Source: a virus
Taxonomy: Duplodnaviria > Caudoviricetes
IMG/VR virus record: IMGVR_UViG_3300032303_002175
Coordinates: 1-36,491 of that record
Direction: 5' to 3' (one strand)
DNA length: 36,491 nucleotides
Part shown: one piece after another, positions 1 through 8,953 of the stretch
How the letters are laid out: each line of letters starts with the position of its first letter
How positions within the stretch are numbered: position 1 is the first letter of the stretch
Notes under the pieces: generated by a model
Databases searched by the model: none
What the model was told of the DNA's origin: nothing
The model's input: only the letters and a program-made list of their open reading frames with translations
Translations under genes and position numbers: made by a program

Positions 1-1
1 A

Positions 2-583
2 GATTACAAACAGAAAGAAAAATTTTTACTTAACAATGGTTGGGAAAAATCTTGGTCGGAAGATAACTGGGTACGTAGTGATGCTAAAAACAAGGAGGCA
101 AATACCGGAATACCAACAGATTTCGCCTATCGACTTAGTAGTACCGATTCAGTTATCCAACTAAATTGTTACCGAATTGATCCATCTGATTTAGAAAATA
201 ACCCGACAATGAAAGGCCAATACAATATCCAAAGAGCCATCGCCACTTTTAACAAACGAGTTGAGCCTTTATTAGTTGTATTTAAACAAGAAGTCAGAAA
301 CGGATTATTGGTTAAGAACCCTGAAGACCGACCATTCTTTACAAAAGATCAATGTGAGTTAATTAACGGACAACCATTTGAGGAAGGAGATCAAGATAAG
401 TTAGAGGATGTGATGGAAATTTCTGATGAAGAAATGTTATTTTGGGACCGTGTTGGTGAAACACCTTATCATATGTATAAAAATGCCGACCAAAGTATGT
501 GGAGATATGTACCTGAAAAAGATTTAGTCCATTTTAACACCGTCGGAAGAGAGGATGTACCAAACACCGTTGACATTTTGTAA
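2..583 (+). CDS. C-terminal part of a probable family B DNA polymerase (5'-truncated by the window edge)
   Basis: Frame +2 is open from base 2 (DYKQKEKFLLNNGWEKSW...) into the listed 209..583 ORF. YNIQRAIATFNKRVEPLLVVF resembles the PolB C-terminal thumb region of large phages. No catalytic motifs lie inside the window. Confidence 0.6.
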   Translation, partial: DYKQKEKFLLNNGWEKSWSEDNWVRSDAKNKEANTGIPTDFAYRLSSTDSVIQLNCYRIDPSDLENNPTMKGQYNIQRAIATFNKRVEPLLVVFKQEVRNGLLVKNPEDRPFFTKDQCELINGQPFEEGDQDKLEDVMEISDEEMLFWDRVGETPYHMYKNADQSMWRYVPEKDLVHFNTVGREDVPNTVDIL

Positions 584-871
584 TTCAACACAAGCACCTC
601 TGACTACAGAAATCTCGTCCCAATCTTCGTCTATTCTACCTATATCAGGAATAATTGTACAGTTAGTTAATGTTTTGATTTTAATTTTATCTGTAGTTGT
701 AGAATCTAATTTAATTTTGCATTGATTAACATCTCTAACTATTAACAAATTTTCACCGTTAGTTTTGTAAAATTCATCACTAACAATAACCGTATCAAAG
801 GTATCCAAATTAATTGATCTTGTACCTCTGAAAACTGTTTTACGAAGTGGTTTATTTCTTGATATTGGCAT
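524..871 (-). CDS. hypothetical protein, beta-rich, possibly a small virion protein
   Basis: 115-aa ORF 4 nt downstream of the neck gene on the same strand; beta-strand pattern ending GACVELQNVNGVWYILSSDG. Confidence 0.65.
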   Translation of the reverse strand: MPISRNKPLRKTVFRGTRSINLDTFDTVIVSDEFYKTNGENLLIVRDVNQCKIKLDSTTTDKIKIKTLTNCTIIPDIGRIDEDWDEISVVRGACVELQNVNGVWYILSSDGVKMD

Positions 872-875
872 AAAA

Positions 876-2000
876 TTAAATTACATATATTTGACGAGGC
901 ATTGCTCTAAACTTCAACTGTTTGTTAAGATTTTCAGCAAGTAATGCCTCTCTTTCCATCATCTTTTCAGGACGGAGTCTTGTCAGTCTACCATCGGCTC
1001 CTATCAATTCCTCTACAAGTTTTGCCTTTTCATCTTTACCTTCAGTCGCTAAAGTCGCGTAATCCATTGTTAAATCTCCATCAGGAGTTTTAAGACTACC
1101 ACTAAACTTACCACGAACTCTTGATAATGTTTCTTTACAATACGCAACAAACCATTTTCTTACCCAAATCTGTGCAGGATTATTTAATTTGTACCAAGAC
1201 ATTTTTTCAAATGGTACATCCGATGGTAGTCTAATAATATCGGGATTGTCAGCTAAACATTTATCTCTATCAGCATCTGTGGTATCATAATACCAATACC
1301 ATACTTTTCCTTTCATTAGCTCTGAATTACCAAAGTCAAACTTACCACCAGGAGTATTTAATAAGTGAAGTGCTTTTTTACCACCTGGAAGAGCTGTTAT
1401 ATAATAAGTTAAATCAGATGAGATTATCCTTCTTTGGATGTTAATTTCTTGCATTCTTAATAACATGTCAAATGCGGGTGCCATAAAATAACTACCAGCC
1501 ATATTTCCCATTTGAGCAAAACCACCTGAACCACCGATACCACCACCAGCAATTCCACCAAAAGCCCAAGGATCCACAAATATGTTGTTAAGTTCTGTAG
1601 GTGAAAACCAAAGAACCTCATTTACCTCTCTACCTGCAGGAATTTCATAAATCTGTTGATTAGTAACTAATTGGACGTAATCTTTTTTGATTACCCAATC
1701 ACCACCTGTTTGTAATCCTACTATTTTAGAATAAGCGTAAGTATATCTTGTTTCCCAATCTAAACTTTTTGTGATGAAGGCTTTGGCTAATGACTGAGTA
1801 TCCAAATTCAAATTGTATAATGATGTCCACTGAGACTCAATTAACCAATCTTGAACATATTGTGAATAATCTTCAATTGAATATTCTAAAAGAGTGTCTA
1901 ACATTTCATCCTCAAGCTCCACCGCTCTTAATGGTGCACCCAAAAGGTGTCTAACTTTTTGGTAGAATTCGCTTCTTTCTGGTTCGTTAATAATTGCCAT
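876..2000 (-). CDS. neck / head-completion protein (T4 gp13-like)
   Basis: N-terminal 'VRHLLGAPLRAVELEDEML' and C-terminal 'CKETLSRVRGKFSG...PDGDLTMDYATLATEGKDEK' match gp13-type adaptor patterns; lies near the other neck and tail genes. Confidence 0.8.
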   Translation of the reverse strand: MAIINEPERSEFYQKVRHLLGAPLRAVELEDEMLDTLLEYSIEDYSQYVQDWLIESQWTSLYNLNLDTQSLAKAFITKSLDWETRYTYAYSKIVGLQTGGDWVIKKDYVQLVTNQQIYEIPAGREVNEVLWFSPTELNNIFVDPWAFGGIAGGGIGGSGGFAQMGNMAGSYFMAPAFDMLLRMQEINIQRRIISSDLTYYITALPGGKKALHLLNTPGGKFDFGNSELMKGKVWYWYYDTTDADRDKCLADNPDIIRLPSDVPFEKMSWYKLNNPAQIWVRKWFVAYCKETLSRVRGKFSGSLKTPDGDLTMDYATLATEGKDEKAKLVEELIGADGRLTRLRPEKMMEREALLAENLNKQLKFRAMPRQIYVI

Positions 2001-2013
2001 AAGATTTTTTTTT

Positions 2014-2020
2014 ATAAATA
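2014..2020 (-). promoter_or_regulatory. TATTTAT phage promoter-like motif (neck gene)
   Basis: GATATTTAT on the minus strand, 13 nt before the ATG at 2000. Confidence 0.6.
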
Positions 2021-2028
2021 TCTTTTAG

Positions 2029-4176
2029 TTAGATAATTATTTTGTTTAACTCTTTTTTATAGAAATTTATCATCTCAGAAATTTCAGAATTTTCACCACC
2101 CAATTCTTTTATTTTATCTGTAAAATATTTAATTCTATCTCTATAAAATTCAATTTGTTTATTAACATCTTTTGATATAAATTGTTTTACAGGTGCTTTT
2201 TGTGTTTCTTTTTGTAATGGAACTTTAAAATTACTTTGGAGTGGCATTTCATAATAATATATAAAATATGGTGGGTTTCTTCTTGAGGTGCTTACTGTTA
2301 AAATTTTACTATAATCGTTTCTGAACATGATGTATTTTTGTTCTGATCTATCAACATACAAAATTATATCAACATTTTCTTCTTTATATTTTTTGTTTGT
2401 GTGCCAAGAATTTACTTTGAAATAATATCCCCTATCTCCACCATCAAAAAATTCAATATGATTAAGGTTATTTGTAAAAGGTTTGACTTGAAAATAAATT
2501 GTGTCCCCACCTTTAATCTTTAAAACAATATCTTGACCTTTTTTTCTATCATTAATATCTCCCGAACAATGTTCATACAACTCATAAGTCATACCTTCTT
2601 CATCAGGATTTAATTTATATATGTGTCGAATAATACTTGTTGCGTAATTTTCATTCTCTTTACCAACTTCTATAGTTCCAACGTTTATTTCCGCCAAACG
2701 ATCTAAATACATTCCTTCATTTGAGAAAAGGTCATAAGCATGTTCTTTAATCCATGTTTTAAAATCTGTTAACCCTTCAGTTTCTTCTAACCAAATGTTA
2801 TATATTTCTTTTTTAACTTTACTATTGGTATCAAAACGATTGACGATAGACCATTGACTTGTTCCTCCGTGTTTTTTTTCTGCATAATCACCACCTAAAA
2901 TACCAACATCTGTGGTGCATTTTTTTGTTTGTATTTTACCTATACAACCATTTTTATATTGTTGACCATAACATCCTTCATATTGTGAATTAATTAAATC
3001 TCTTAATTGTTTTGTTGTGTATGGAAAAGCAAAAGTTGTGCTAATTTCATTTATAATTTCTTTAGATTCAACACTTTCTTTAATATTTTCTTTTTTTGTC
3101 TTTGACAAATATAAATCGTTTACAAACTCCCAATTAACAACATCCCAAAATTTTGAAATATATTCATCTCTTTTGTTTTGATATTTTAAATAATATGCAT
3201 GTTCCCAAACATCAAGACCCAATAATGGAAAACCACCTTTTTTTACAACATTCATAAGTGGGTTGTCCTGATTTGGAGTTGACATTATTTTTAGTTTTCC
3301 ATCTTTTGATAGATACAACCACGCCCATCCTGAACCAAAACGATCTTTTGCCGCCTGATTAAATTCGTCTTTTAATTTTTTTATATTACCAAAATCTTTT
3401 TTAATCTTTTCATATATTTCACCATGAGGTCGTTGTTTTTTTGGGGACAACATTTTCCAAAATAATGCGTGGTTAAAGGCTCCTCCAGCATTATTTCTAA
3501 CTTTATTATCGTATTTACTGATTGTTTTAATGATGTCTTCTAATTCTAAATCACCCTTTTTATCTTTTAACGCATCGTTCAATTTATCAACATAACCTTT
3601 GTAGTGTTTGTTGTAATGAACATCCATAGTTTTAGAATCGATGAATTTTTTAAGTGATGAATACCCGTATGGTAATTTATCAATACCAATCTTTTTCATT
3701 TCCATAATAAAATCCTTTTCTATTTCAGATTTTTCAGACATCAGTATTTTTTGTTCAAGTATCATTAATTTGTTTTTGATACTTTTTGATTCGTACATTT
3801 TTTTCTCTAAGTCAGGGTGTTTCTTTTCAAACATCTTCACAAGTCTACCAGCAAATGCGTTAGCTTCATCTTCGTTTTTACCACCGATATCTGGACCTTT
3901 CTCTCTACCCTGTATAGACATTTGATATTCGTGAACCCACTCGTGAGCTAATGTTCTCATAATGTCTCTGTTAAGTCTGTTCTTAGCTAAAACTTTTAAT
4001 TCACCATGAACAGTTCTTGATCCTGTGGACATACCACCAATCTGATCACCAAGAAATTTAATTGTGATTTGTTTTTTTAATGGATATTTTTCTTGCAGAA
4101 GTTTTATGAACTTATGAATAAATCCTTTATCCTCCTTATTAAACTTTGTATCTGAGTATATTATTTTGACTTCCAT
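2029..4176 (-). CDS. fusion protein: ImmA/IrrE-like Zn metallopeptidase + Mn/Fe superoxide dismutase + PD-(D/E)XK-like nuclease domain
   Basis: aa 78-82 HEWVH followed by EDEANAFA. aa ~165-357 carry a full SOD signature (LPYGY, HYNKHY, NNAGGAFNHALFW, FGSGWAWL, NQDNP, DVWEHAYY). The C-terminal part has E-helix...DRKKGQDIV...FQVK. Confidence 0.85.
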   Translation of the reverse strand: MEVKIIYSDTKFNKEDKGFIHKFIKLLQEKYPLKKQITIKFLGDQIGGMSTGSRTVHGELKVLAKNRLNRDIMRTLAHEWVHEYQMSIQGREKGPDIGGKNEDEANAFAGRLVKMFEKKHPDLEKKMYESKSIKNKLMILEQKILMSEKSEIEKDFIMEMKKIGIDKLPYGYSSLKKFIDSKTMDVHYNKHYKGYVDKLNDALKDKKGDLELEDIIKTISKYDNKVRNNAGGAFNHALFWKMLSPKKQRPHGEIYEKIKKDFGNIKKLKDEFNQAAKDRFGSGWAWLYLSKDGKLKIMSTPNQDNPLMNVVKKGGFPLLGLDVWEHAYYLKYQNKRDEYISKFWDVVNWEFVNDLYLSKTKKENIKESVESKEIINEISTTFAFPYTTKQLRDLINSQYEGCYGQQYKNGCIGKIQTKKCTTDVGILGGDYAEKKHGGTSQWSIVNRFDTNSKVKKEIYNIWLEETEGLTDFKTWIKEHAYDLFSNEGMYLDRLAEINVGTIEVGKENENYATSIIRHIYKLNPDEEGMTYELYEHCSGDINDRKKGQDIVLKIKGGDTIYFQVKPFTNNLNHIEFFDGGDRGYYFKVNSWHTNKKYKEENVDIILYVDRSEQKYIMFRNDYSKILTVSTSRRNPPYFIYYYEMPLQSNFKVPLQKETQKAPVKQFISKDVNKQIEFYRDRIKYFTDKIKELGGENSEISEMINFYKKELNKIII

Positions 4177-4181
4177 TATAG

Positions 4182-4188
4182 ATAAATA
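4182..4188 (-). promoter_or_regulatory. TATTTAT motif (SOD-fusion gene)
   Basis: GATATTTATCTATA-ATG on the minus strand. Confidence 0.6.
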
Positions 4189-4191
4189 TCT

Positions 4192-7095
4192 CTATCGATA
4201 TTTATTTATCATTTTAAGTATTTCTTCGGCAACATCACCAACATTTTCTTGGATTTGGTCACCCATAACCGTTCTGATAATTTGTTTCTTCTTATTAAGA
4301 ATATCGTAAATTGCACCCTCAATTGAGTTTTCAAAAATTGGGTAATAAACAAGAACATTTGATTTTTGTCCGTATCGATATGCACGGTCTTCAGCTTGTG
4401 AGTGTTCTGCAGGAACAAATGAAAGGTCATTCATTATAACAACCTCAGCGGAGGTTAAAGTTAAACCAACACCAGCGGCTTTAAGGTTACCAACAAAAAC
4501 TGTTATTTTTTCATTGTTTTGAAATTGGTCAACAGCTTGTTGACGAACTGCGTTTGAGCAACTACCATCAAGATAAACCGCTTGTTTTCCAAAATGTTGG
4601 TAGATAGTTTGGAGTGTGTCGGTAAAGTTAGTGAATATGATTACCTTTTTACCTTGTTCTAAAATGTTCTCGGTAAACTCAATTGTTTGTTTAACTTTTT
4701 CATTGGCAATAACTTTTCTAACTTTCATTAGTTTGGAAAACTGAACAGTCAAAGATGTTGACTCGTCAGGATTTTTGTCATACCAATCGTAGTATTCACC
4801 CATTAAATTCTCATACTCTTTAGACTTTAACTTCAAATACACAGGAGTAATAATCTTATCAGGTAAATCTAAAACCTCTTCTTTAAGTCTTCTAAGTATT
4901 TGTTTTGATGTACGATCTCTAAGTTCTTCAAGATTAGAAGCCCCTGAAACATTCCAAACTTTTCTTTTACCCGCACTAAATTGATAACCCTGACAATAAC
5001 GAATCGCATAAGCCTTCCAATTTTGGGCTACAGGACTTTCAATCAAATTTAATAGATTATAATAGTTCATTGGTCTCGAGGTCATAGGTGTTCCTGTCAA
5101 CAACCAAACTCTGTTAACTTTTTTTGTAAAGTGATTAATAATTTTAGTTCTTTGGGCTTGAACATTAGAAATCATGTGGGCTTCGTCCAATATAACAAGA
5201 TCAAAATTTGATTGTAATAAAATTGATTCTTCTTTCTTTTTTGGATCTGTATCATGGAAGTTTTTAAGGATGTCATAATTAACAATCACAAAATCATCTT
5301 CAGTTGAAAATTTCTTTCCTTCTGCAATAAAAACAGGTCTATCTGAATAATTTGCAATTTCTCTTTGCCAATTTATTTTTAATGAAGCCGGACAAACAAT
5401 TAATATTTTTTTGGATCCTGTTTCTAAGGCTGCGATAATTGTTGATGTTGTATTATGAGTAACAATTGCGTGTTCAGTAACATACAATTTATCTGAAGAA
5501 TCAACTGAAATACAAATAGCCTCACCATTACCCTCAAATTTAATATCTTTAATATATCTACCGACCTTATATTTTTCAGGAGTATTGTATAATTCATATT
5601 TTCGTTTAAGTTTAAACGGATTCATTCCTGATGGTAATTTTATATTAACTCTATAAGATTTTTTACCTTCTTTTTTTTCACCCTTATATGTGTAGTTAGT
5701 TGTTCTACTTTTTTTTCTGGCAATACCACCTAAACTATGAACAATTTCAATAACATCATCACACAATCTTTCTGATACTGTTGAAAATTCAGTGCCTTTA
5801 AAATTTCCTTTTTTACCAATAGAACAAGTCCCATCAGTGTCCATTAAACCTTTTAAAATTTCTAATCTATCATTAATTGATGAGTATTTATATATGGTTG
5901 GAATAAATTTATTATGTGAACCACAACCCATTAAATCTAATTCTTTTAAAATTTGAATTATCGGGTTAGTATGTCCTGTTTTTTTTGTTAATCTATATCC
6001 ATATTTTGAATTTTTATTTTCTGTAATTTGTGAATTTTCAGGTAAAATAGATTTAATATGATTAACAATTTCAACATCCTCAGTTGTAAAAGAAATACCT
6101 TTTTGAGTTATGCCCCCATCACCTAAAATCAACCCTAATAAATAAGGGTTTAATTCCAATTCGTTAGAATTGAATTCAATAGGTTTAACTATTGGTATTT
6201 GCCATTTGTTATTACCTCCGGTTTCTTTATAATAAGTTTTAAATTTATATTTTTTATTTAAATTATTTTTAGAACCGTTTATTTCTAAAAATAAGTCATT
6301 GTTTAACATCTGCTCAACTGATAAAACAATACCTTCTTTATTACGAGGGTTATTTGTATTAAACCCAAAACTTCTTGATTTTACAGAAAATAAATGTTCT
6401 TTACAAACTAAAACGGACACACCATCGTTAAATGTTACCCGATATAAATCTTTTATACCTTGAGGATAAACACCTTTAATAAAACATTTCTTACCATCAC
6501 TACCAATAACTTCATCGCCAATTTTTAAATCTCCAATTCTTTTTCTACCATATGGGGTAAATACTTTATTCTCAACAAATTCTGCTTTGCCAAGTCCCAT
6601 ATCATCGGCCAAAATGAATCTTTTTGATCCTGCCAATTTTTCGATTGCAATTTTTTGATGATTTAATGGGGGTCTATGTGAATACTTCGAATAATCAATT
6701 TCAACATTCTGAACGTTATGGGTTTTGATGAGTGCTGATTTAGGAACCCAAAATTCAGATAATTGATCTTTTTCAAAAAACTTACCCCAAATGTGATAAG
6801 ATTTTTCTTTTTCTACAAGTAATTTTTCAATATAAATTTGTTCAGGTGTTTGTAACAAGTATTTTTCCTCAGCAAACTTTTTAGCGAAGTATGTGTCAAG
6901 GTCGACCCATTTTCTTGCAACTTTTGGTGGAGTGTTAAAATAATTAACAATATAATCGGATTGAGATCTTGTAGGGTAGAATTTTTTTGATGTTTCTTTT
7001 TTTTGTTTTAAAAACAATATAAAGTTATTTGCACCACTATATGAGTCGAGAAGTTCGATCGCTTTGTGCTCAACTAAGGAAGATCCGTTTTCCAA
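4192..7095 (-). CDS. SNF2/SWI2-family helicase with an intein (start probably TTG at 7095; the ORF extends to 7140)
   Basis: ILADDMGLGK[intein]T (motif I), IVCPASLKINW, LDEAH (motif II), LTGTP (III), GVGLTLT and QAEDRAYRYGQ (V/VI). The 7096-7140 extension overlaps the divergent promoter region. Confidence 0.9.
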   Translation of the reverse strand: MENGSSLVEHKAIELLDSYSGANNFILFLKQKKETSKKFYPTRSQSDYIVNYFNTPPKVARKWVDLDTYFAKKFAEEKYLLQTPEQIYIEKLLVEKEKSYHIWGKFFEKDQLSEFWVPKSALIKTHNVQNVEIDYSKYSHRPPLNHQKIAIEKLAGSKRFILADDMGLGKAEFVENKVFTPYGRKRIGDLKIGDEVIGSDGKKCFIKGVYPQGIKDLYRVTFNDGVSVLVCKEHLFSVKSRSFGFNTNNPRNKEGIVLSVEQMLNNDLFLEINGSKNNLNKKYKFKTYYKETGGNNKWQIPIVKPIEFNSNELELNPYLLGLILGDGGITQKGISFTTEDVEIVNHIKSILPENSQITENKNSKYGYRLTKKTGHTNPIIQILKELDLMGCGSHNKFIPTIYKYSSINDRLEILKGLMDTDGTCSIGKKGNFKGTEFSTVSERLCDDVIEIVHSLGGIARKKSRTTNYTYKGEKKEGKKSYRVNIKLPSGMNPFKLKRKYELYNTPEKYKVGRYIKDIKFEGNGEAICISVDSSDKLYVTEHAIVTHNTTSTIIAALETGSKKILIVCPASLKINWQREIANYSDRPVFIAEGKKFSTEDDFVIVNYDILKNFHDTDPKKKEESILLQSNFDLVILDEAHMISNVQAQRTKIINHFTKKVNRVWLLTGTPMTSRPMNYYNLLNLIESPVAQNWKAYAIRYCQGYQFSAGKRKVWNVSGASNLEELRDRTSKQILRRLKEEVLDLPDKIITPVYLKLKSKEYENLMGEYYDWYDKNPDESTSLTVQFSKLMKVRKVIANEKVKQTIEFTENILEQGKKVIIFTNFTDTLQTIYQHFGKQAVYLDGSCSNAVRQQAVDQFQNNEKITVFVGNLKAAGVGLTLTSAEVVIMNDLSFVPAEHSQAEDRAYRYGQKSNVLVYYPIFENSIEGAIYDILNKKKQIIRTVMGDQIQENVGDVAEEILKMINKYR
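5452..6585 (-). mobile_element. intein (378 aa, Ala1, class-3-type) with LAGLIDADG homing endonuclease
   Basis: The insertion splits GLGK|T. It starts AEFVENKVFTPYG and ends HAIVTHN before Thr+1. Endonuclease motifs are PYLLGLILGDG and ILKGLMDTDG. Confidence 0.93.
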
Positions 7096-7130
7096 ATTTA
7101 GTCTTTTATTAAAAATAACAATAAAATTAA

Positions 7131-7137
7131 TATTTAT
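7131..7137 (+). promoter_or_regulatory. TATTTAT motif (gp14-like gene)
   Basis: 17 nt before the ATG at 7155. Confidence 0.6.
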
Positions 7138-7154
7138 CAATAAAATACTCTTTT

Positions 7155-7667
7155 ATGCAAAATAATGTTCCAATAACAAGATTAGGAAAATTCTTCGGTG
7201 ATCGTGATTTCGAATTGGAAATTGGGATGGGTCAAGAATGGTTGATAGGTGATATGAACTATACTTGTGTACTTTACAAAATAGATAGAAACAAGATTAA
7301 GACTGATGATGTTTACGGTGAAGTTGTAGAAGACGGTGTTAAATTTTTACCACCTGTAGAGTTTAACGCTCAGATTTCAGTTGCCGCCCCTGAAAACAAA
7401 TTATTGGGGACAACTAGAATGGATCAGTTTGAGCCAGGTAACATAACCATTTCTGTTTATTTGAAAACTTTGAATGATTTAGGTATTGATGTAGACTTTG
7501 GTGATTACATTGGGTATTACGATAGTGAAAACTTTGTTCGTTATTATACGGTGGTTAATGATGGTCGTGTGATTTCAGATACAAAACATACATATAAAGG
7601 GTTCAAACCTTTTTATAGAACAATAATTGCGGCTCCTGTTGGACCAAATGAATTTAGAGGATTATAA
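7155..7667 (+). CDS. neck / head-closure protein (T4 gp14-like)
   Basis: 'LYKIDRNKIKTDDVYGE...KFLPPVEF...GDYIGY...YYTVV' head-closure pattern; lies directly before a tail terminator-like gene. Confidence 0.65.
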   Translation: MQNNVPITRLGKFFGDRDFELEIGMGQEWLIGDMNYTCVLYKIDRNKIKTDDVYGEVVEDGVKFLPPVEFNAQISVAAPENKLLGTTRMDQFEPGNITISVYLKTLNDLGIDVDFGDYIGYYDSENFVRYYTVVNDGRVISDTKHTYKGFKPFYRTIIAAPVGPNEFRGL

Positions 7668-8704
7668 TGGGACTACCAAAACAAGTTAAACCAACACTAC
7701 CTTTACAGTATCCGAAAACTCTTTTACCAAGAAGAGAACAAATTAAGGATATGATTACAAAGGATGGAACTTACTTACCTAAGTCACTTCTACATGCCGA
7801 TTTGGATAAAGGGTTTTTAGAATTTGTAAAAGATAAATTTAATATTGTATCTGAAGGTAAAAGAATTCCTGTTGTTGATATTATCATAACGACACAAAAC
7901 TGGTCACAGTTTGTTGAGACATGGGACTTTCAAAATATTGACAAAAATATTGAGCCTCCTTTTTTAACAATTATTAGAAATCCTGAAGTTAAGTATGGTA
8001 ACAATCCATCAGTGTTATATAACATCCCAAATAGAAGAATGTATTACTATATGGAAGTACCAACATGGGATGGTAATAGAAAAGGTGCCGACATTTATAA
8101 AATCCCACAACCTGTTCCTATTGATTTGAAATATACCGTAGCAATTGTTTGTAATAGAATGAGGGAAGTGAATACGCTAAATCAAAGGGTAATGGAAACA
8201 TTTGCTTCACGACAATCTTATCAAGTTATTAATGGCCATTACATTCCAATTATTAATGATGGATTCGCTGATGAGTCCTCATTAGACCTTGAGAAAAGAA
8301 AATACTATATTCAAAAATACGATTTCACCATGATGGGATTCCTTATTGATGAGACTCAGTTTGAAGTTAGTCCTGCAATATCAAGAGTTTTACAAGTTGT
8401 AGAAGTGGATCAAAGAGTTAGAAAAGGTAAACAAAAAAGACAAACCCCCGTTCAACCTGAAACAATCATATTTAAATACGAAAATAGTGCGACAACTAAA
8501 GATATGTTTTTTGAATACACTTGTGATTTGATTTTTGAGTCAACTACAAATATTACGGAATATTCTGTATTCATAAATGACGACTATTATGGCGATGATG
8601 TTAACCTTATTCAAGTTAATAATGGTGATGTTGTTAGAATTGACATTGTGAAAGGCCCAAGTATTCAAGTACCTGAAATAATGTTCACTCAGAGACTGAT
8701 TTAA
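7667..8704 (+). CDS. tail terminator / tail completion protein (T4 gp15-like)
   Basis: 'IPQPVPIDLKYTVAIV...MREVNTLNQRV' gp15-type motif; TAATG coupling to the upstream gene; precedes the sheath. Confidence 0.65.
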   Translation: MGLPKQVKPTLPLQYPKTLLPRREQIKDMITKDGTYLPKSLLHADLDKGFLEFVKDKFNIVSEGKRIPVVDIIITTQNWSQFVETWDFQNIDKNIEPPFLTIIRNPEVKYGNNPSVLYNIPNRRMYYYMEVPTWDGNRKGADIYKIPQPVPIDLKYTVAIVCNRMREVNTLNQRVMETFASRQSYQVINGHYIPIINDGFADESSLDLEKRKYYIQKYDFTMMGFLIDETQFEVSPAISRVLQVVEVDQRVRKGKQKRQTPVQPETIIFKYENSATTKDMFFEYTCDLIFESTTNITEYSVFINDDYYGDDVNLIQVNNGDVVRIDIVKGPSIQVPEIMFTQRLI

Positions 8705-8865
8705 TTTTCACCATATATATCTTTTTTCTCCTTACATTTTTCCAATATTAAGGACTCCAAAAACCTGTACATTTTAATTCCTCTTTTATCGCAATACTTC
8801 TTCAGAACTTCGTGTACTTCGGAGTCAATCTTAAGGTTTTTTATCTTCTTGTTATCTTTAGACAT
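8701..8865 (-). CDS. small ribbon-helix-helix DNA-binding protein
   Basis: MSKDNKKIKNLKIDSEVHEVLKKYCDKRGIKMYRFLESLILEKC has the beta-strand/helix-G-helix pattern of RHH proteins. The second ATG (8865) is taken as the start. Confidence 0.7.
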   Translation of the reverse strand: MSKDNKKIKNLKIDSEVHEVLKKYCDKRGIKMYRFLESLILEKCKEKKDIYGEN

Positions 8866-8867
8866 AT

Positions 8868-8889
8868 AGGTAGAAAAAAGGTAGAAAAA
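8868..8889. repeat. perfect 11-bp tandem direct repeat AGGTAGAAAAA x2 (candidate operator)
   Basis: Copies at 8868-8878 and 8879-8889, directly upstream of the RHH start codon. Confidence 0.6.
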
Positions 8890-8903
8890 ATTCATACCAA
8901 AAT

Positions 8904-8953
8904 ATAAATACTTTTTCTAATGTAAAGTTTTTAGTAAAACAGGTAATATTTAT
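8904..8953. promoter_or_regulatory. divergent pair of TATTTAT motifs (RHH gene on minus strand, sheath on plus strand)
   Basis: ATAAATA at 8904-8910 (TATTTAT on the minus strand) and TATTTAT at 8947-8953. Confidence 0.6.

Noticed and set aside
7096-7140. N-terminal extension MININFIVIFNKRLN of the SNF2 ORF
   Set aside because: It overlaps the AT-rich divergent promoter region; the TTG at 7095 is the more plausible start.
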